Shown in pieces: positions 57,404 to 64,000 of a stretch of 64,000 bases of DNA (position 1 is its first letter; each line of letters begins with the position of its first letter). The translations under genes were made by a program, and so were the position numbers. The notes beneath the pieces were generated by a model. That model searched no databases and was not told the origin of the DNA. It saw nothing but the letters and a program-made list of their open reading frames with translations. This stretch comes from an uncultured Bacilli bacterium (GTDB lineage Bacteria; Bacillota_I; Bacilli_A; RF39; UBA660), in NCBI GenBank assembly GCA_934097105.1, contig CAKONI010000001.1, positions 7,204-71,203 of the forward strand, written 5' to 3'.

Positions 57404-59995
57404 TTAGTCTTTAAATAGTTTTTTTAAGATTGTTTTTGATAGTTCTTCAATTGTAAATATTGTAATCACTATTGTTATACAGAATAATACTTGAACTGTG
57501 GATAGGGCTTGTATTTGGAATATGTGTTTTATTGGTGTTAAGAAAACTATTATTTGGACTAGTATTAACATAATGATTGAGATATTTAATTTTTTGTTTT
57601 GAAATATTTTTTTATTTATTATACTTTCTTTTAGGTTTCTACAAGAGAATGCGTAGATTATTTCTATGAGTATTAGTGATAGAAAGGTCATTGTTACTGC
57701 TGTTTCTTGTGAAAATATCTTTATGCTTACTAGGAAAACTGTTAGCACTGCGAATGTTTTTATAAATGAAGAGATCGCTATTTTTGATATTATAAATGGT
57801 GTGAAAAAGGCTTTATCACTTTTTCTGTTTTTTTCTTTTAGAATGTTATCTTTTTCTTTTTCGAAGGCGAGTGCTATGGCGGGGATGCTATCTGTTATTA
57901 GGTTTATATATAATAGTTGGATTGGCAGGAATATTTCTATTCCATAAATCATGCCTAGTAAGACTACTAAGACTTCAGCAATGTTTCCTGTTAGAAGGTA
58001 TACTAGTACATTTCTTATGTTGTCGAATATTCTTCTTCCTTCTTTTATGGCTTTTACTATTGTTGGAAAACTATCGTCTGCGAGGACTATATCTGATACA
58101 CTTTTTGAGACTTCTGTACCTGTTATTCCCATGCCTATTCCTATGTCTGCGAATTTTATTGCTGGTGCGTCGTTTACTCCATCTCCGGTCATTGCTACTA
58201 TTTTGTTGTTTTGTTTCCATGCATTTACGATTTTTAGTTTTGTCATAGGTGTTGCTCTTGCGTATACTGTTTTTTCTTTTACTAACTCTCTTAGTTCTTC
58301 TTCTGTTTTATCTTCTAGGTAAGAACCTAGGATTATTTCACTATCTTTTTTTAGGATACCTACGTCTTTTGCTATTTTTTTTGATGTTTCGTAACTGTCT
58401 CCGGTTATTAATACTGTTTTTATTCCAGATTCGTTACATTCTTTTATTATTTCTTTTACTTCTTTTCTAGGTGGATCTATTATTCCAACTAGGCCCATAA
58501 ATACTAGATCTTTTTCTTCTTGCTCTTTTGTATCTAGTTTTTTATAGGCGAATGCTAACATTCTGTATCCTTGGCTTGATAGGTTTATTTCTATTTCTTT
58601 TAGCTCATTTAATTTTTTTTCTGTTATTTTTGTTTTCGTTTCTTTTTCGTATACATTTGTACATATTTTTATTATGGAATCGAAACTTCCTTTTGTTAGT
58701 AAATATAAATCATCATTATATTTATTTATAGTTGACATCATTTTTCGATCTGAGTCAAATGGAATTTCGCTTACTCTTTTATGTTTTTGTCTTTCTTCAT
58801 CTATATTTATTTCGCTTTCACAGTATTTAAATAAGGCTATTTCTGTTGGGTCCCCGATGTAAGTTTGTTCTGTTTTTTCTACATCGCTATTTAAAATCAT
58901 CATTTTTAGAAGGGGATTGTTTTTTTCTAGTTTTGTGTCTTTGTATATTTCTTTGTTATAGTAAATTATTTCTGCTTTCATTTTGTTTTGAGTGATGGTT
59001 CCTGTTTTATCTGTACAAATTACTTCGACGGTTCCTAGGGCTTCGATTGATGTCATCTTTCTTACTATTGCTTTTTTATTTGCTAGTTCTTTGGCTCCAA
59101 GAGAGAGTATTATTGTTATTACTGCAGGCAATCCTTCTGGAATTGCTGCGACTGCGAGGGAGATGGCTAGCATTATTGTTTCTGTTTTTGGCATATTTTT
59201 TATGATTCCAATTATAAGTATTATAAATATTATTCCTATTATTATGGTTGATAGGAATTTGCTTATTTCATTTACTTTTTTTTGGAGTGGTGTTATTTCG
59301 TTTTTTTCTTGTTTTAATGTTTCTGCTATTTTACCAAATTCAGTATCTTTTCCTGTTTCGCAAATTACTGCAATTGCTTTTCCGTATGTTATTGCTGTTC
59401 CTTTATATAACATATTATTTCTTTCTGATAGGTCTTTTTCTTTTGTTATTGTTTTACTTGTTTTTTCTATTTGCATGGATTCTCCGGTTAGAGCAGATTC
59501 ATCTACTTTTAATGCATTTTGATTGATGATTCTCGAATCTGCAGGGATTATGTCTCCGGCTTCTAGAATTATTATGTCGCCTTTTACTAAGTCTTCTGAT
59601 TTTACTTGATAAATTTTGTTGTTTCTTTTTACTCTTATTTGATCTGTTTTCATTTTTGATAGAGATTGTATTGCTTTATCTGCTTTTTCTTCTTGCATGT
59701 AACCAATTATTGCATTTAATATTACTATTAGTAAAATTACTATTGTGTCTGTGTATGATTCTTTATTTATTTTTGAGACTACAAAGGAGAAGATGGATGC
59801 TAGAAAAAGTAATAGAATCATTAAATCTTTAAATTGATTTAAGAATTTTTTTAATTTTGATTGTTTTTTTGTGTCTTCTATTTTGTTTTTTCCATTTATT
59901 TTTAGTCTTTGGTTTGCTTCTTTTTGTGATAATCCTTTTTCATTTGTGTTTAAATTGTTTAAAACTTCTTTTATATTTTTTTGATAATATTCCAT
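57404..59995 (-). CDS. P-type cation-transporting ATPase (P2-type, Ca2+-like)
   Basis: DKTGTIT phosphorylation motif (ICTDKTGTIT), TGDGVNDAPAIK hinge, and 10 TM helices. The start was moved to the ATG at 59995 (MEYYQKN..), which has AAGGAGA 6 nt upstream; the ORF-track start at 60034 is 13 codons further. Confidence 0.85.
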   Translation of the reverse strand: MEYYQKNIKEVLNNLNTNEKGLSQKEANQRLKINGKNKIEDTKKQSKLKKFLNQFKDLMILLLFLASIFSFVVSKINKESYTDTIVILLIVILNAIIGYMQEEKADKAIQSLSKMKTDQIRVKRNNKIYQVKSEDLVKGDIIILEAGDIIPADSRIINQNALKVDESALTGESMQIEKTSKTITKEKDLSERNNMLYKGTAITYGKAIAVICETGKDTEFGKIAETLKQEKNEITPLQKKVNEISKFLSTIIIGIIFIILIIGIIKNMPKTETIMLAISLAVAAIPEGLPAVITIILSLGAKELANKKAIVRKMTSIEALGTVEVICTDKTGTITQNKMKAEIIYYNKEIYKDTKLEKNNPLLKMMILNSDVEKTEQTYIGDPTEIALFKYCESEINIDEERQKHKRVSEIPFDSDRKMMSTINKYNDDLYLLTKGSFDSIIKICTNVYEKETKTKITEKKLNELKEIEINLSSQGYRMLAFAYKKLDTKEQEEKDLVFMGLVGIIDPPRKEVKEIIKECNESGIKTVLITGDSYETSKKIAKDVGILKKDSEIILGSYLEDKTEEELRELVKEKTVYARATPMTKLKIVNAWKQNNKIVAMTGDGVNDAPAIKFADIGIGMGITGTEVSKSVSDIVLADDSFPTIVKAIKEGRRIFDNIRNVLVYLLTGNIAEVLVVLLGMIYGIEIFLPIQLLYINLITDSIPAIALAFEKEKDNILKEKNRKSDKAFFTPFIISKIAISSFIKTFAVLTVFLVSIKIFSQETAVTMTFLSLILIEIIYAFSCRNLKESIINKKIFQNKKLNISIIMLILVQIIVFLTPIKHIFQIQALSTVQVLFCITIVITIFTIEELSKTILKKLFKD

Positions 59996-60045
59996 TTTAT
60001 TCTCCTTTTTTAAAAGGTGATAGTCTCCTACCACCTTGTTTGGTT

Positions 60046-61143
60046 TTATAGATTGAATCTAAAGTGACAGATGTCTCCATCTTGCATTATATAATCTTTA
60101 CCTTCTAATCTAAGTTTTCCTTGCTCTTTTATTTTTTGTTCGTTTTTTATTTCTTCCATATCTTTATATGATATTATTTCTGCTTTGATAAAACCTTTTT
60201 CAAAATCTGTATGTATTATTCCGGCACATTCTTTGGCATTCATTCCATTTTTATATGTCCAGGCTTTTACTTCTTGTTCTCCGGCGGTGAAGTATGTTTT
60301 TAGTCCTAGAAGAGAGTAGGTGGTTTCTACTAATTTGTCTAGACCACTTTTTTCTATTCCTAATTCTTTTAACATTTCGTTTTTATCTTCATCTTCTAGT
60401 TCCGCTAATTCGGATTCTATTTTTGCTGATATTTTTATTGTTTTTGAGTTTTCTTTTGATGCATATTCTGTTAGTTTTTGGACGAATTCGTTGTCTTCTT
60501 GTATTTCATCTTCACTTACGTTTGCTAAATATATATGAGGTTTTAGGGTTAGAAGATTGAATGATTTTAATGAGAAGAGTTCGTCATCATCGTATTTTAT
60601 GAGTCTTAGTGGAATGTTTTTTTCTAAGGCTTCTTTTGATTTTTCTAGGGCACTTAGTTCTATTAATGATTCTTTGTCTTTTGTTGTTTGTGCTTTCTTT
60701 TTTATTTTGTCTATTCTATTTGATATTATTTCAAGGTCTGCTAGTATTAGTTCTAGATTTACTATTTCTACGTCTCTTATAGGGTCTACTGATCCTTCGA
60801 CGTGAGTTATTTCTTTGTTTTCAAAGCATCTTACTACTTCACAAATGGCATCGACTTCTCTTATGTGAGATAGAAATTTATTTCCTAGTCCTTCTCCATT
60901 TGAAGCGCCTTTTACTATCCCAGCGATATCTACGAATTCAAATGTTGCTGGTTTTACTTCTTTGGGATTGTATATTTCTTTTAAGACATCTAGTCTTTTG
61001 TCTGGAACATTTACTATTCCTACATTTTTTTCTATGGTTGCGAATGGATAGTTTGCTATTAGGATTTCTTTTTTTGTTATGGCATTAAATAGTGTTGATT
61101 TTCCTACATTTGGTAATCCAACGATTCCGGCTTTTAAACTCAT
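60046..61143 (-). CDS. ychF: Ribosome-binding ATPase YchF
   Basis: 365 aa: MSLKAGIVGLPNVGKSTLFNAIT.. Obg-type G domain plus a C-terminal TGS domain. Confidence 0.9.
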   Translation of the reverse strand: MSLKAGIVGLPNVGKSTLFNAITKKEILIANYPFATIEKNVGIVNVPDKRLDVLKEIYNPKEVKPATFEFVDIAGIVKGASNGEGLGNKFLSHIREVDAICEVVRCFENKEITHVEGSVDPIRDVEIVNLELILADLEIISNRIDKIKKKAQTTKDKESLIELSALEKSKEALEKNIPLRLIKYDDDELFSLKSFNLLTLKPHIYLANVSEDEIQEDNEFVQKLTEYASKENSKTIKISAKIESELAELEDEDKNEMLKELGIEKSGLDKLVETTYSLLGLKTYFTAGEQEVKAWTYKNGMNAKECAGIIHTDFEKGFIKAEIISYKDMEEIKNEQKIKEQGKLRLEGKDYIMQDGDICHFRFNL

Positions 61144-61158
61144 TTTTATTCCTCCCTG

Positions 61159-62751
61159 TTATAATACTGGATAAACTCCTGGTCCTAGTGGTAATCCAAT
61201 TAGGTACCATAATAGAATTATTGCTATCCAGGTTACTGATAATGCTATTAAATATGGCATCATTAGATTTATTCCGTCTCTTATTCCGTATACTTTTTTT
61301 TCGTCTCTATTATATATATTTAAGTAGCCTATGTAAACGACGAAGTAGGCTAGAAGTGGAGTTACTGCGTTTGTCATTGATTCTGCTGCCCTGAATACGA
61401 ATTGTGAATATTGTGGTGACATGTTCATTTGCATCATTGCAGGTACTAAAATTGGTGATATTATCATCCATTTTGTCATTGTACTTGGTACGAATAGGTT
61501 TGATATTGCTATTACTATTATTGCAACAATTATTAATAGTAGTCCTGATAGTGGAAGTGATTTTAGTATGTTTGATAGGAAAACTACTATTATGGTTCCT
61601 ATGTTTGTTTCTTTGAAAATTGCTACGAATTGTGATGCAAAGAATATCATTACTAATAGTATTCCTAGTGTGCTTAATTGTTTTGTTAGTTTTTTGAAGA
61701 GTTCTTTATCATTTTTTATTGATTTTGCTCCGACTGCATATGCTATTCCGGTTATTATTAAGAATAGTGATAGCATATAGGTGAATCCTGATTCAAAGTA
61801 AGATGTGTCTCCGAATAATTGATATGCATATGTTTTTTGTGATTCATCTAGTAGCATTCCAGATAATGGTAGATTTGGAATAATCATATATATAAATATT
61901 ATGGTTACTATTAATCCGGCGATGAATGCATATTTTAATCCTTTTTTTTCTTTTTCTTCTTCTTTTATCTTTTTTTGTTCTTCGTATTGAAGATCTAAAT
62001 ATTCTATTTCTTTTGTTTGATCTAAATCATCTTTTGTTTTTGATATATATCTTCCTATTTTTTTTACTATGTATTTTTCTGTTATTATAGTTCCGATTAT
62101 TGAGATTATAATGCATGAGAATATCATTATATATAGGTTGGAAGTCATTCTGACGTAGAATGTTTCATCGATTAGATTGGCTGCGCTCATTGTATATGGT
62201 ATTAGGCCCATGTCTGTGGTTCCTATAAATATGCTGACACTGTAACCGAATGCTACTCCGGCGAAAGCAGTTGCTATTCCTGCTAGAGGATTTCTACCGT
62301 TAAATAGGAAGAGTAGGGCACCTAGTGGAATTAGTACTGCGTATCCAACTTCGTTTACTATACTTGAGAAAACTGCTAGTAAAAATAGTATAAAGGTAAT
62401 AATTTTTGGGTTTATTTTGGCAAGTTTTCTTTTCATAAATGTTTGAATTAATCCAGTTTCTTCTGCTACGGAAATACCTATTAGGGTTATGATAAGGGTG
62501 CTTACTGTTGTAAAACTTATGAAGTTTGTTGATGCATTACTTATCATTGATTTTACTCCGTCGTAACTTAGCATATTTTTTACTGTTACTATTGTTTGTT
62601 CTAGTTCATTTGTTTTTAAATTTACGCTATCGTAAGATGCTGAAAGATTAAATAGTGAAAGAATAGCACTTAGTAAAATTACTATTACTATTAGTATTAT
62701 GAAACTTGTTATTGGATGAATTTTTAGTTTTGTTTTTTTCTTTTTTGCCAT
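61159..62751 (-). CDS. AbgT family (p-aminobenzoyl-glutamate/MtrF-type) transporter
   Basis: 530-aa polytopic protein with an N-terminal Lys-rich tail and LLSAILS..ISVAEETGLIQTFM, which by eye resembles the AbgT N-terminal region. Confidence 0.6.
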   Translation of the reverse strand: MAKKKKTKLKIHPITSFIILIVIVILLSAILSLFNLSASYDSVNLKTNELEQTIVTVKNMLSYDGVKSMISNASTNFISFTTVSTLIITLIGISVAEETGLIQTFMKRKLAKINPKIITFILFLLAVFSSIVNEVGYAVLIPLGALLFLFNGRNPLAGIATAFAGVAFGYSVSIFIGTTDMGLIPYTMSAANLIDETFYVRMTSNLYIMIFSCIIISIIGTIITEKYIVKKIGRYISKTKDDLDQTKEIEYLDLQYEEQKKIKEEEKEKKGLKYAFIAGLIVTIIFIYMIIPNLPLSGMLLDESQKTYAYQLFGDTSYFESGFTYMLSLFLIITGIAYAVGAKSIKNDKELFKKLTKQLSTLGILLVMIFFASQFVAIFKETNIGTIIVVFLSNILKSLPLSGLLLIIVAIIVIAISNLFVPSTMTKWMIISPILVPAMMQMNMSPQYSQFVFRAAESMTNAVTPLLAYFVVYIGYLNIYNRDEKKVYGIRDGINLMMPYLIALSVTWIAIILLWYLIGLPLGPGVYPVL

Positions 62752-62755
62752 TTTT

Positions 62756-62941
62756 TTACTCCTCTACTATTTTTTTTATTTTTTTGTTAAATTCTATTCT
62801 TGGAATCATTACGCTTCTTCCACAGTTTTCACATTTTATTTTTATGTCTGCTCCTAGTCTTGTGATTTCCCATAAATTGGTTCCACAGGGATGGGCTTTT
62901 TTCATTATTACTTTGGTTCCTATTGTATAGTTTTTATCCAT
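62756..62941 (-). CDS. DUF951 family small protein
   Basis: 61 aa: ..KKAHPCGTNLWEITRLGADIKIKCENCGRSVMIPRIEF.., the conserved HPCG...CxxCG pattern of DUF951 (Bacillus yyzM-like). Found next to ychF, as in Bacillus. Confidence 0.6.
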   Translation of the reverse strand: MDKNYTIGTKVIMKKAHPCGTNLWEITRLGADIKIKCENCGRSVMIPRIEFNKKIKKIVEE

Positions 62942-63722
62942 TTTTTACCTCAATTATATTATATGGAATTGATATATTTTCTTTATCGAATTCTTCTTTT
63001 ATTATTCTGTTGATTTGTCTTTTTGTTTTAAATTGTTTATCTATTTTTACTGGTACTAGAAGTCTATATTCTATGCTTGAATCATTGAATTTATTTAGGC
63101 CCCATAGTTCAATGTTTCCAGTTAGATCTTCTAGTTCTTTTTCCGCTCTTTTTATGATTTTGTCTATTACTTTGTCTGCTAATTTATTTGATATTTCATA
63201 GGATACTGGTACATCAATTATTAAATTTGGATTTGTTTTTGAGTAGTTTATGACTTCTGTAATTGTTCTGTTTGATATTATTTTTACAGTGTTTTGATAG
63301 TCTTTTAATTTTGTACTTTTTATTCCTAAATCTATTACTGTTCCAGCAAACCCATTTATTTCTACGTAGTCTCCGATGTCAAATTGTTCTTCAAATACTA
63401 TTGATATTCCTGATAATATATCTTCCATTACATCTTTTAGTGCTAAACTTAGGATTATTGATACTATTCCTAGGCCCGCTAAGATTGCGCTTATGTTTAT
63501 ACCTAATAGTTTTAATATTTCTGCAAGAACTATGATTACTATTATGTATTTAAGTATATTTAATATTAGTTTTTGTAGTGTTTTTTGACGCTTTTTTCTT
63601 AGTTTTTTTGTTTTGTTTTGGATTATTTTTTTTAGTATCTTATATATTATTAGACCTAGTAGGATATAGACTATTATCATGTGATAATCTTTGTCTACTA
63701 GGTATTTTATATATTCTAACAT
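62934..63722 (-). CDS. Small-conductance mechanosensitive channel (MscS family)
   Basis: 262 aa with 3 TM helices followed by the MscS beta-domain motif ..FDIGDYVEINGFAGTVIDLGIKSTKLK.. Confidence 0.8.
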   Translation of the reverse strand: MLEYIKYLVDKDYHMIIVYILLGLIIYKILKKIIQNKTKKLRKKRQKTLQKLILNILKYIIVIIVLAEILKLLGINISAILAGLGIVSIILSLALKDVMEDILSGISIVFEEQFDIGDYVEINGFAGTVIDLGIKSTKLKDYQNTVKIISNRTITEVINYSKTNPNLIIDVPVSYEISNKLADKVIDKIIKRAEKELEDLTGNIELWGLNKFNDSSIEYRLLVPVKIDKQFKTKRQINRIIKEEFDKENISIPYNIIEVKNG

Positions 63723-63730
63723 TTTTTCAC

Positions 63731-64000
63731 CTACTTAGTAAATTTTATTATTTCTAGTATTCTATTTAGATCGCTTTTATTTTCGTAATTTATTTCTAGT
63801 TTTTTTGGTTTTACTTTTACTTTGGTTCCTAAAAATTCAGATAATTCTTTTTGGAGTCCTAGTAATTCTAGATCTTTTTCTTTTGGCTTTTGTATTTTTT
63901 TTGTTTTTTCTTCGTTTTTTGTTTCTTCTTCTAGTGTTCTTACGTTCATATTTTCTGCGATTACTTTATTTGCTAGTTCTTTTATTTTTTCTTCATCTTC
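63731..64000 (-). CDS. parB: Chromosome partitioning protein ParB/Spo0J (C-terminal ~90 aa; 5' end beyond window)
   Basis: The open frame continues to the window edge (..EDEEKIKELANKVIAENMNVRTLEE..). The C-terminus ..LSEFLGTKVKVKPKKLEINYENKSDLNRILEIIK matches the ParB C-terminal dimerisation region. Located next to ychF/mscS, as at Bacillus origins. Confidence 0.65.
   Translation of the reverse strand, partial: EDEEKIKELANKVIAENMNVRTLEEETKNEEKTKKIQKPKEKDLELLGLQKELSEFLGTKVKVKPKKLEINYENKSDLNRILEIIKFTK

Overview
This 64-kb window comes from a very AT-rich chromosome, roughly 27-30% GC by eye. It uses the standard genetic code: conserved Trp residues are TGG, and TGA, TAA and TAG all terminate ORFs. 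The gene content is that of a low-GC Firmicutes endospore former, and the window lies close to the replication origin. The gene order matches the origin-proximal Bacillus-type arrangement: rpsL-rpsG-fusA; trxB-lgt-uvrA; pssA-psd; uvrB; ddl-hpf; tagO-mbl-M23; rpiB-rpmE-murA; spoIIR-prmC-prfA-rpoE; class A PBP; gerQ-membrane protein-ung; rlmH-yycJ-like; dnaB-rplI-DHH-rpsR-ssb-rpsF; Ca-type P-ATPase; ychF-abgT-DUF951-mscS-parB. The truncated parB at the right edge implies oriC lies just beyond position 64000. About 50 of roughly 60 genes are on the minus strand, which is the leading-strand orientation running away from the origin. The plus strand is strongly T/G-rich, so Leu/Phe-rich antisense shadow ORFs are everywhere in the ORF track and are not real genes. 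I found no rRNA, tRNA, CRISPR array, transposase or integrase. Non-housekeeping content sits in several pockets. (1) A lagging-strand pair of Cys-rich proteins is wedged between the str operon and a T-box-controlled valS. (2) A less-conserved block at 17.6-28 kb contains an amidoligase-like protein, a YdjI/COG4260-like SPFH-type protein with a SHOCT tail co-operonic with a double-zinc-ribbon membrane protein, a divergent LuxR-type response regulator with a HisKA_3 kinase and a degenerate kinase-like membrane sensor, and a secreted beta-helix protein. Two hairpins with identical 11-bp arms bracket the 7.9-kb part from the zinc-ribbon gene to the beta-helix gene. (3) An AgrB-like membrane protein (H-x6-C) occurs without a recognisable AgrD. 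(4) A cluster of poly-Asn-tailed membrane proteins lies between murA and spoIIR. All calls rest on reading motifs by eye; no database searches were run.
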